33,796 nucleotides of DNA, taken from sequence record SRR31156797_4962; one strand, written 5' to 3'. Of this stretch, positions 25,882-33,796 are shown piece after piece (positions within the stretch are counted from its first letter, which is position 1; each line of letters starts with the position of its first letter). Made by a program: the position numbers and the translations under genes. The notes beneath the pieces were generated by a model, which saw only the letters and a list, made by a program, of their open reading frames with translations, searched no databases and was not told where the DNA came from.

Positions 25882-26775
25882 CTATTCAAGAATGGTAATG
25901 TAAATGGTATTTCCATCCACTCGCTTTTTGCAAGCAATGCCAATATCACTTCTCAAATAATCCCACAGATTAAAAGCAAAGTCGTTCACACTGTATGCAT
26001 TTCCATTTTCATCTTTGCTAGGCACCTGAATCTGATCGAAAATAACCGCTTCGGCTACCGATCCCTGAACATGATAACGACCTTTATGTGCATTCTTTTT
26101 AACCCAAAGGCGCAATACATCGGAAAGAGGAAGCTGATCGTTACCCAACTCGCTATCCATATCTGTCATAGAATCATTGGCAATAGAAACATTCAACACA
26201 ACGGTATTCCCATTGCTCACTTTCTTCTGAAAATTGGTATTGATCTGTGCCAAAAAATCATCCATCATGATTTTAATTGCCAAAGACGTCAACTTATCCA
26301 TTGCCGAAGTTCGAAAACGTGGCGACCAGGTTTGTTTACTGGCTAACACATTTCCTGAAGCTGTTTCATAAGCTTTCAAAACCAAAGCAACCCTATTGCC
26401 ATTTGCTGCAAAATCCTTCTTAATATCCACCGACACGTAAACATCGGCACCTGAATTTCGAATCAATTGCTTGTCTACCGTCTGAGCATCATTCATCTCA
26501 AAATTAGCCGACCGTATAGCCGCATTCAGTTTTGCTTCAAAATCGATAGTTGTAATCCCTTTCTGATTGAAACCTTCCTGTACCAATGCAACGGCAATTC
26601 TCTTGTTAAAATCATTCTGAAGAATATTCTTGTAAGAATCTCCATCCGTTTTGTAAGGAATGACCATGATAGTTGGCATTCGAACTTCCTCTATATTTTG
26701 AGCTTTTCCATTAGGAAGAGCAACTAATAAAGAGAATAGAACAAGAACTAATTTTAAGATTATATTTCTTTTCAT
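25882..26775 (-). CDS. DUF6175-like secreted protein
   Basis: Signal peptide; PTIMVIPY...RIAVALVQEGF...GITTIDF...GADVYVSVD...LKAYETASGNVLAS, a Bacteroidota DUF6175-type pattern (TolB-N/CsgG-like alpha/beta). Confidence 0.7.
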   Translation of the reverse strand: MKRNIILKLVLVLFSLLVALPNGKAQNIEEVRMPTIMVIPYKTDGDSYKNILQNDFNKRIAVALVQEGFNQKGITTIDFEAKLNAAIRSANFEMNDAQTVDKQLIRNSGADVYVSVDIKKDFAANGNRVALVLKAYETASGNVLASKQTWSPRFRTSAMDKLTSLAIKIMMDDFLAQINTNFQKKVSNGNTVVLNVSIANDSMTDMDSELGNDQLPLSDVLRLWVKKNAHKGRYHVQGSVAEAVIFDQIQVPSKDENGNAYSVNDFAFNLWDYLRSDIGIACKKRVDGNTIYITILE

Positions 26776-26791
26776 GTTATTGGTTTAGATA

Positions 26792-27664
26792 TTATAATTT
26801 TAATCCACCACCTAAAGGAATTCCGCCTGTTCTTGGAATCATCTCAGCAAAAATCTTAAGCTCAGCATTAAAATCTTTTAAAATTTTATCTCCTCCCTTT
26901 ACTACTTTACACTCAGCAAAATCATCACCTTGCACATCTAAAACTTTAATTCTACCAATTTCTTTGATTAATTTTTTACCTCTAAATTCTTTCTCCTCGC
27001 AAATCTTAAACTGATCACCTTTTTTAACCCCTTTAGCTGTTCCTGCTTCGATCAATAAAGTTTTAGCTGCACCTTTTTTCTCTGCAGTAATTTCAACGAT
27101 TTCAGCTATTACAGGAAAAATTCCTTTGATTTCCTTTATCACTTTATCTTTTGCATTTTTCACAGCTTTCATAATGGCTGCATCTTTTGTTTTTTCAGAT
27201 AAAAAAGTAGAACAAGCAATGTCTGCCATACCTTTTTGAGTACCATCTTTTAAATTGGTTACCTTAAAAACAAAGTTTAATTTCCCATTGAATCCTGTCA
27301 ATTGTCCTTTATCATTTTTAACCGGAACAGCATCATAATTAGATAAAGTACCTGTTACTACCCAATCAGCACCTTTTACTCCTGCTTCGCTCAAACGTCT
27401 CATATTATCTTCGTTTAAACCCGATTCTCCTGATTGACGATAAATTTCCTGACCAACTGCTGACAAAGTATTAATATCAATTACATCATGTAAACCTTTT
27501 TCAACAAAAGCTTGTACAATTACATCATGAACATTCTTTTTAAACTGGTCAGAATTCTCATAAGAACACTTGATATCACCAATCAACACAACTTCTTTTT
27601 TTTCCTGAGCAAATAAAATGCTCACCATCATCATTAGAGTTAAGAGTACAGATAGTTTTTTCAT
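26792..27664 (-). CDS. CsgG/TolB-N-like domain plus FlgT-C-like beta-barrel secreted protein
   Basis: Probable start ATG 27664 (MKKLSVLL). N-domain QAFVEKGLHDVID...EIYRQ...GADWVVTGTL...FKVTNLKDG; C-domain FPVIAEIVEI...IEAGTAKGVKKGDQF...IGRIKV. Confidence 0.7.
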   Translation of the reverse strand: MKKLSVLLTLMMMVSILFAQEKKEVVLIGDIKCSYENSDQFKKNVHDVIVQAFVEKGLHDVIDINTLSAVGQEIYRQSGESGLNEDNMRRLSEAGVKGADWVVTGTLSNYDAVPVKNDKGQLTGFNGKLNFVFKVTNLKDGTQKGMADIACSTFLSEKTKDAAIMKAVKNAKDKVIKEIKGIFPVIAEIVEITAEKKGAAKTLLIEAGTAKGVKKGDQFKICEEKEFRGKKLIKEIGRIKVLDVQGDDFAECKVVKGGDKILKDFNAELKIFAEMIPRTGGIPLGGGLKL

Positions 27665-27858
27665 TTTTTTCTTTTTAATAATTAATAACATGGGCAATTA
27701 CAGGTTGTTCCCTTATTTTAATTTCACGGAACAATATTTTTCAAATCCTTCAACAAAAACAATAAGTAACGACTGATTTAAAGATGATTACTCTCTGAAA
27801 TTTTCGTTTTATTTTTCTTTCCGAATTATAAATTAAACAAATATCAATCAGACAATAA

Positions 27859-27866
27859 CAAACATA
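27859..27866 (-). promoter_or_regulatory. Candidate -7 promoter element for the envelope cluster
   Basis: Minus-strand TATGTTTG; would give a leader of about 190 nt; no clear -33 element. Confidence 0.4.
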
Positions 27867-28030
27867 AATAAGCTAACTATCTAAGTGCTTTGTTTAATTA
27901 TTGAAGTACATAAACGAGAATGCTTGTTTAATTTTATGATTAATTAATTATTTCATCATGACTTGAAAGTTGGAACAATACACTTCCAGTACTTTTCATT
28001 ACCTTTACGTCTCAATTATAAATTTCTAGA

Positions 28031-29126
28031 ATGATTACAACAGACCAGCTAAAGAGTTTAGCGGAGCGCACGGAAGCGCTAAGGAGGTATCTTTGACATT
28101 GATGCCAAATTAATTCAGATACAAGAAGAAGAAATGAGAACTCAGGCTCCAGGTTTTTGGGACAACCCAAAAGAAGCTGAAGTTCAAATGAAATTGGTAA
28201 AAGAATTAAAATCCTGGGTAGAATCCTATGATAAAGTTAAAGAATCGGTTGAGGATTTAGCTGTTCTTTACGATTTTGCAAAAGAAGGTGAAGCATCGAC
28301 CGAAGAGGTGGATGAACAATTTGCCGCTACCGAAACCTTAATTGAAGAGTTAGAACTAAAAAATATGCTTCGCAAAGACGAAGATAAATTAGGTGCTATT
28401 CTTAAGATTAATGCTGGTGCCGGTGGAACCGAAAGTTGCGACTGGGCAGATATGCTCCACCGTATGTATCTACGATATGGAGAATCTCATGGATATAAAG
28501 TAAAACAACTGGAATATCAAGAAGGTGATGAAGCAGGAATTAAGTCGGCAACTTTAGAATTTGAGGGTGATTTTGCTTACGGATATCTAAAATCAGAAAA
28601 TGGTGTTCACCGTTTGGTACGTCTCTCTCCTTTCAATGCTGCGAATAAACGCATGACTTCCTTTGCATCTGTCTATGTTTATCCAGCCATTGACGATTCA
28701 ATAGAGATTGAAATCAACAATGCTGATATCTCTTGGGATACGTTCCGATCTGGTGGTGCTGGTGGACAGAACGTAAATAAAGTAGAAACAGGTGTTCGAT
28801 TACGACATGCTCCTACTGGAATCATTATCGAGAATACAGAAAGTCGTTCTCAGCTTGGAAATCGTGAAAATGCATTGCGATTGCTTAAATCACAATTGTA
28901 CGAATTGGAGTTGAGAAAACGACAGGAAGAAATCGACAAAATTGAAGGATCCAAAAAGAAAATTGAGTGGGGATCGCAGATCAGATCTTACGTTATGCAA
29001 CCATACAAGCTGGTAAAAGATGTTAGAACCAATCATGAATCTTCAAATGTTCAAGCCGTAATGGATGGAGATTTAGATGGATTTATTAAAGCCTACCTGA
29101 TGGAATTCTCAGGAGAAGAAAAATAA
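28031..29126 (+). CDS. prfB: Peptide chain release factor 2 (364 aa via +1 programmed frameshift)
   Basis: ATG 28031 gives MITTDQLKSLAERTEALRRYL, then CTT-TGA-C; the +1 frame continues DIDAKL into the ORF-track protein with SPF, GGQ and WGSQIRSY. Confidence 0.97.
28082..28097 (+). promoter_or_regulatory. prfB +1 ribosomal frameshift cassette
   Basis: AGGAGG-TAT-CTT-TGA-C: internal SD, 3-nt spacer, slippery Leu codon and UGA-C. Confidence 0.97.
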
Positions 29127-29146
29127 TAAAATTTTGTAGGGACATT

Positions 29147-29356
29147 TCACGTAATGTCCTTACTTTTTTTGGGTTTAATCATACCGCCAAGTAATACACC
29201 AAATAGTCCTCCATAAGGAACCATACTGTACCAATTCGCCTGAATTGGGCAAGTGCCGCTAATACAGCCAACATATTTCCAGTAAAGGAAGCCTCCCAGA
29301 AGCCCTAACAAACCTCCTATTATTTCAAACTTTCTATTCTTTAAAAAATTATTCAT
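29147..29356 (-). CDS. DUF6132-like small membrane protein
   Basis: GGFLYWKYVGCISGTCPI...YGGLFG; start ATG 29356 or 29365; minus-strand TATCTTTG promoter at 29391-29398. Confidence 0.75.
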   Translation of the reverse strand: MNNFLKNRKFEIIGGLLGLLGGFLYWKYVGCISGTCPIQANWYSMVPYGGLFGVLLGGMIKPKKSKDIT

Positions 29357-29530
29357 TCTATACATTTTGAATTTCAATACTTAAACCTAACAAAGATATT
29401 TTAATAATAGTGTCGAGTGCTTGACATTTAGCTTGTAAATTTCAAGTAAAATTTATCCTTAAGCAGTTCTTCTAATCTTATTGAAAGGCGTATATTTGTA
29501 CTCACAAAACAAAAAACTCAGACCAACAAG

Positions 29531-29872
29531 ATGTTAAAGATATATCACAATCCTCGATGTAGTAAAAGTAGAGCAGGATTAAAATATTTACAAGACAAAG
29601 GTTTAGAACCGGAAATCAGACTTTATTTAAAAGAAGCATATACAGAAACTGAGCTTGCTGATGTTTTAATGAGAATGAACAAAGAGCCTCAAGATATTGT
29701 TCGTACTCACGAAAAAATCTATAAAACAGATTTTAAAGGAAAAAATTTTAACCGCGACGAGTGGATCAAGATATTAATTGAATACCCTAATTTAATTCAA
29801 CGCCCAATAGTTGTAAAAGATCACAAAGCAATTTTTGCTCATCCTGCTGAAAATGTTGACGAGATTTTATAA
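29531..29872 (+). CDS. ArsC/Spx/MgsR-family reductase
   Basis: IYHNPRCSKSR, LIQRPIVV; TATATTTG promoter at 29491-29498. Confidence 0.9.
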   Translation: MLKIYHNPRCSKSRAGLKYLQDKGLEPEIRLYLKEAYTETELADVLMRMNKEPQDIVRTHEKIYKTDFKGKNFNRDEWIKILIEYPNLIQRPIVVKDHKAIFAHPAENVDEIL

Positions 29873-29976
29873 ATCCTCAACTTCTTACTTTTAAATATTT
29901 ACACGATTCAAGGTGCATTTCATTGATTTGCACCAATATGATAATGCACAATCGAGAATTCTAACAAAATCTGTTT

Positions 29977-31032
29977 ATGAGCAAATTAAGGAAGATATCT
30001 TTGATCATGTTATCGATTTTAACGGCTGCATGCGATCCTTTTCAAACCAAAATAGGTAGCGAAGTTTCGCTATATGTAAGCGATGAAATAAAGAATGTTC
30101 CCTTTCCTGACACGTTAAAGGTGATGAGTTGGAACATTAAATTTGGAGGCGGAAGAATCGATTTTTTCTTCGATTGCCATGGCGACAGAGTCATTATGGA
30201 AAAATCGGAAGTACTTGATAACATGAAAGTACTAGCTGAAAAAATCAGAGAAGTTAATCCTGATGTTTTAATGATACAGGAAGCAGATGTAAATGCAAAA
30301 AGAAGTGCTTTTGTCGATCAAGTTCAATATCTGCTAGACAGCACCGATTTTAATTATGCAGTTTATGCTTCCCAATGGAAAGCCAGCCATATTCCTAGTG
30401 ATGGAATTGGAAAAATGGATTCTGGAAATGCGATTCTTTCCAAATGGAAATTCACCGATGCCAATAGAATTGCTCTACCTCTTATTAAATCACAAAATTT
30501 CATAGTTAGATATTTTTATCTCAAAAGAAATATTCTGGAAGCTAAATTGGAACATGATGGGAATTCAATTCATCTGTTAACCACTCATGCCTCGGCTTAT
30601 GCACAAGATGATACCAAGAAAAAACAATTGGGAATTATTAAAGCTTATGCAGATTCCATATCAAATGCAGGACAGCAACTCATTCTTGGTGGTGATTTTA
30701 ATTCTCTACCTCCTCATTCGAAACAAACGAGTAAATTTGAGGATTCGGTTTGTACTGATGGTGATTTTGAAGCGGATGATTATAGCGCCGAAACACAATG
30801 GATGATGCCATTCTATGAAAAATATGCGGCAGCAATTCCATTAGAAAACTATAAAAAGGAAAACAAAAACCATTTTACTCACACAACCGACAAGAATGGC
30901 TTTTGGAATCGTAAAGTTGATTTCATTTTTACCAATGGAAACTTCATTCCAGAAAGTGGGAAAACAGAACAAAAATGGATGCAAGTATCTGATCACGCTC
31001 CTATTATAGTAGAATACGACACAAAACAATAA
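29977..31032 (+). CDS. Endonuclease/exonuclease/phosphatase-family lipoprotein
   Basis: Lipobox LTAAC; SWNI, IQEAD, GNAILSKW, GGDFN, VDFIF, SDHAP. Confidence 0.9.
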   Translation: MSKLRKISLIMLSILTAACDPFQTKIGSEVSLYVSDEIKNVPFPDTLKVMSWNIKFGGGRIDFFFDCHGDRVIMEKSEVLDNMKVLAEKIREVNPDVLMIQEADVNAKRSAFVDQVQYLLDSTDFNYAVYASQWKASHIPSDGIGKMDSGNAILSKWKFTDANRIALPLIKSQNFIVRYFYLKRNILEAKLEHDGNSIHLLTTHASAYAQDDTKKKQLGIIKAYADSISNAGQQLILGGDFNSLPPHSKQTSKFEDSVCTDGDFEADDYSAETQWMMPFYEKYAAAIPLENYKKENKNHFTHTTDKNGFWNRKVDFIFTNGNFIPESGKTEQKWMQVSDHAPIIVEYDTKQ

Positions 31033-31040
31033 AGTTTTTC

Positions 31041-31067
31041 ATGTTCTAAAAGTATGATTTAGAACAT
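31041..31067. promoter_or_regulatory. 10-bp inverted repeat (terminator or operator)
   Basis: ATGTTCTAAA-AGTATGA-TTTAGAACAT between the EEP stop and the mutA start. Confidence 0.45.
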
Positions 31068-31147
31068 TATTTAAACTTTCCGTAAATGATAAAAAGAGCT
31101 TATTTTTAGGCTCTAATTTTTAAACAGTTACATTAACAGTTACAGTT

Positions 31148-33010
31148 ATGGCAGATAATAAACTTTTTAGTGACTTTGCACCTCAATCTACTCAAGAGTG
31201 GATTGACAAAATCACTAAAGATCTAAAAGGGGCTGACTACGATAGAAAGTTAGTTTGGAGAACGAATGAAGGATTCAATGTACAGCCTTTCTACAGACTG
31301 GAGAACATGGATGACAAAGCCTTCATGAATACTTATCCTGGTGATTTCCCATATGTGCGTGGAAACAAGAAGGATAACAATGATTGGTTAGTTCGCCAGG
31401 ATATTATTGTTGAAGATGTAAAAGAAGCTAATGCAAAGGCTTTAGACATCATGAACAAAGGAGTTGACTCAATTGGATTCGTTCTAAACTGGAAATCAAT
31501 CAGCAAAGAAGAATTGACTACCTTATTAGAAGGTATCTATATGGATTGTGTAGAAATTAACTTCGAAAAATCACATTCTTCTGTTGAACTTCTTCAGAAT
31601 CTACAAGCATTAGCTACTGAAAAAGGTATTGCTTTAGATAAACTTCAAGGTGGTGTTTCTATAGATGTTATTAAAGGATTCAGTACAGTAGGTAACTATT
31701 GTGGAACCGAAGAGAGCGCTTTTGCATACGTGAAAGAAGCTATTGAAGCATCTAAAGCCCTTCCTAACTACAAGGTTATTGCAGTTACAGGTAGTTTATT
31801 CAACAACTCTGGATCTTCAATTGTTGAAGAATTAGGTTTCTCATTAGCATCAGGTGCTGAATATTTAGGAAAAATGATCGAAGCTGGTCTTTCAGTTGAC
31901 GAGGTTGCTCCTAAAATGCGTTTTAACTTTGCAACAAGCTCTAAGTACTTCATGGAGATTGCGAAGCTAAGAGCTGGTCGTATGCTATGGGCAAACATCG
32001 TTAAAGCATTTGGAGCTTCTAACGAAACTGTTTGCAAAATGTTTGTACATGGTGAAACTTCAGATTGGAACAAATCTGTATATGATCCTTATGTGAACAT
32101 GTTGCGTACTCAAACAGAGTCTATGTCTGCTGTTTTAGGTGGTTTGGATTCATTCACAGTTAAGCCTTTCGATTCTGTTTATGCTGAGTCTTCAGTATTC
32201 TCTGAAAGAATTGCTCGTAACCAACAATTATTATTAAAAGAAGAATCGCACTTGGGTAAGATTGCTGACCCTGCTGCTGGTTCATATTATATTGAGTCAT
32301 TAACTGAATCAATCGCTGATGAGGCTTGGAAATTATTCTTAGCTGTTGAAGACAAAGGTGGATACCTTGCTGCTTTCAAAGCTGGTTTCGTTCAGGAAAC
32401 AATTAAAGCTACAGCTCAGAAGAGAGATTTAGCTATTGCGACTCGTAAAGAAAACTTCCTAGGAACAAACCAGTTCCCTAACTTCGGTGAGGTTCTTGAA
32501 ACAATTCCAGAAGCGGTTCTTGCTCCAGAAGATATAACTGCTGAAGATGCAGTTTGCGAAACATTGAAACCATACCGTGGTGCTCAGGCTTTCGAAACGC
32601 TTCGTAACAAAACTGATATTTACGCTAAGGAAAATGGTCGCCCTAAAGTGATGATGTTCCCTATCGGAAACTTGAATATGCGTAAGGCTCGTGCACAGTT
32701 TGCATGTAACTTCTTCGCTTGTGCCGGATTTGATGTAGAAGACCACAATGGTTTTACTTCAGTAGAAGAAGGTGTAAAATTCGTAACAGAGAAGAATGCT
32801 AAGATCGTTGTACTTTGTTCATCTGATGATGAGTATGCAACTATCGCTCCTGAGCTTTTCGAAGCACTTAAAGGTAGCGCAACTCTTGTTGTAGCAGGTG
32901 CTCCTGCATGTGCTGACGAATTAAAAGCTAAGGGTATCGAGAACTTCGTTAACGTGAAGTCTAACGTTCTTGAAACTTTAAAAGCATATCAAGCAGACTT
33001 AGGAATTTAA
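31148..33010 (+). CDS. mutA: Methylmalonyl-CoA mutase small subunit
   Basis: DLKGADYDRKLVWRTNEG, PGDFPYVRG, YFMEIAKLRA, DPYVNMLR, RIARNQQ, DPAAGSYYIESLT, LCSSDDEY. Confidence 0.95.
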   Translation: MADNKLFSDFAPQSTQEWIDKITKDLKGADYDRKLVWRTNEGFNVQPFYRLENMDDKAFMNTYPGDFPYVRGNKKDNNDWLVRQDIIVEDVKEANAKALDIMNKGVDSIGFVLNWKSISKEELTTLLEGIYMDCVEINFEKSHSSVELLQNLQALATEKGIALDKLQGGVSIDVIKGFSTVGNYCGTEESAFAYVKEAIEASKALPNYKVIAVTGSLFNNSGSSIVEELGFSLASGAEYLGKMIEAGLSVDEVAPKMRFNFATSSKYFMEIAKLRAGRMLWANIVKAFGASNETVCKMFVHGETSDWNKSVYDPYVNMLRTQTESMSAVLGGLDSFTVKPFDSVYAESSVFSERIARNQQLLLKEESHLGKIADPAAGSYYIESLTESIADEAWKLFLAVEDKGGYLAAFKAGFVQETIKATAQKRDLAIATRKENFLGTNQFPNFGEVLETIPEAVLAPEDITAEDAVCETLKPYRGAQAFETLRNKTDIYAKENGRPKVMMFPIGNLNMRKARAQFACNFFACAGFDVEDHNGFTSVEEGVKFVTEKNAKIVVLCSSDDEYATIAPELFEALKGSATLVVAGAPACADELKAKGIENFVNVKSNVLETLKAYQADLGI

Positions 33011-33058
33011 TTAGTGAATTTTAATTTTTAGGAAACACTAATTGCAAAAAAGAAGAAA

Positions 33059-33796
33059 ATGAAACCAAATTTTAAAGATATAAATATCAAGTCATCTCAA
33101 AGAGCTGCTGCTACTTCTCAGGAATGGGAAAAGGAAAACGGCATTGAAAAATCTTGGATGACACCAGAGCAAATTCCGGTTAAAACAGCTTTTAACAAGG
33201 AAGATTTAGAAGGTATGGAGCACTTGAACTATGTTTCAGGTTTACCACCATTCCTACGTGGACCTTATTCAGCTATGTACCCTTTGCGTCCTTGGACAGT
33301 TCGTCAGTATGCAGGTTTCTCTACTGCTGAAGAATCAAATGCATTCTACCGTCGTAACCTTGCTGCTGGTCAGAAAGGTCTTTCTGTAGCATTTGACTTG
33401 GCTACTCACCGTGGTTACGATTCAGATCACCCTCGTGTAATTGGTGATGTTGGTAAGGCAGGGGTTGCTATTGACTCTATTCTTGATATGGAGATCCTTT
33501 TCGATCAGATTCCATTGAATAAGATGTCTGTTTCTATGACTATGAATGGTGCTGTACTTCCAGTATTGGCTTTCTATATTGTTGCAGGTTTGGAGCAAGG
33601 AGCTAAGTTGGAAGAACTTTCAGGTACTATCCAAAATGATATCCTTAAAGAATTTATGGTGCGTAACACATACATCTACCCACCAGAGTTCTCAATGAAA
33701 ATTATTGCTGATATCTTCGAATTTACTTCGCAGAAGATGCCTAAGTTTAACTCTATTTCTATTTCAGGTTACCACATGCAGGAAGCAGGTGCAACT
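33059..33796 (+). CDS. mutB: Methylmalonyl-CoA mutase large subunit, 5' part (runs off window end)
   Basis: Not in ORF track. Manual translation from ATG 33059: MKPNFKDI...PPFLRGPY...[47 protein letters not shown]...[11 protein letters not shown]...[15 protein letters not shown]. Confidence 0.96.
   Translation, partial: MKPNFKDINIKSSQRAAATSQEWEKENGIEKSWMTPEQIPVKTAFNKEDLEGMEHLNYVSGLPPFLRGPYSAMYPLRPWTVRQYAGFSTAEESNAFYRRNLAAGQKGLSVAFDLATHRGYDSDHPRVIGDVGKAGVAIDSILDMEILFDQIPLNKMSVSMTMNGAVLPVLAFYIVAGLEQGAKLEELSGTIQNDILKEFMVRNTYIYPPEFSMKIIADIFEFTSQKMPKFNSISISGYHMQEAGAT

Noticed and set aside
26792-27664. Curli secretion (csgG) or a true flagellar flgT gene
   Set aside because: No csgA/B/E/F or flagellar genes in the window and no lipobox; only fold-level resemblance is claimed.
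8866-27697. Central region as a prophage, ICE or integrated mobile island
   Set aside because: No integrase, transposase, tRNA target, att direct repeats or phage genes were seen. It may be accessory, but mobility is unsupported.
5304-29126. prmC and its substrate gene prfB flanking the region as a split ancestral operon
   Set aside because: prmC is in its usual recX context and prfB has its own promoter-like element; no evidence of former adjacency.
29531-29872. Arsenic-resistance operon
   Set aside because: Stand-alone ArsC-family gene with no arsR, arsB or acr3; common in Bacteroidota.
31033-31147. Cobalamin riboswitch upstream of mutA
   Set aside because: The spacer is only about 115 nt and AT-rich, with no B12-box sequence.
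457-32746. Short ORF-track entries nested in or antisense to real genes (e.g. 457..702, 4578..4817, 15397..15741, 16755..17096, 21027..21416, 21492..21806, 25843..26346, 31768..32073)
   Set aside because: They overlap well-supported genes and show no motifs; typical shadow ORFs.

Overview
AT-rich Bacteroidota chromosome segment. TAnnTTTG promoters, A-rich translation starts and gene content suggest Marinifilaceae/Bacteroidales; this taxonomy is an inference. Housekeeping genes sit at both ends. Left: dapD 5' end, ung, cls, prmC, recX. Right: prfB with its +1 programmed frameshift, a DUF6132-like gene, an ArsC-family gene, an EEP-family gene and methylmalonyl-CoA mutase mutA/mutB. Between them lies about 21 kb of mostly uncharacterised genes in four blocks. 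(1) An LPP20-family lipoprotein pair after recX. (2) A signalling block: small lipoprotein, periplasmic-TPR histidine kinase, NarL/LuxR regulator, and a divergent LytTR regulator whose phospho-Asp is replaced by Glu, followed by a Zn-ribbon mini-protein. (3) A two-gene operon of a 1307-aa Avs/NACHT-like STAND ATPase with no recognisable effector domain and a membrane-anchored glycerophosphodiester phosphodiesterase. (4) A nine-gene minus-strand envelope cluster: CsgG/FlgT-like, DUF6175-like, LPP20-LamG, LPP20 lipoprotein, LPP20-like, M23 peptidase, M50-like peptidase, YccF and a membrane protein. Its LPP20 pair is paralogous to block 1, and it carries a candidate pseudoknot RNA upstream of YccF. 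Blocks 3 and 4 are the best candidates for undescribed systems. No tRNA, rRNA, CRISPR array, integrase or transposase was seen. All family calls are by motif recognition, not database search.
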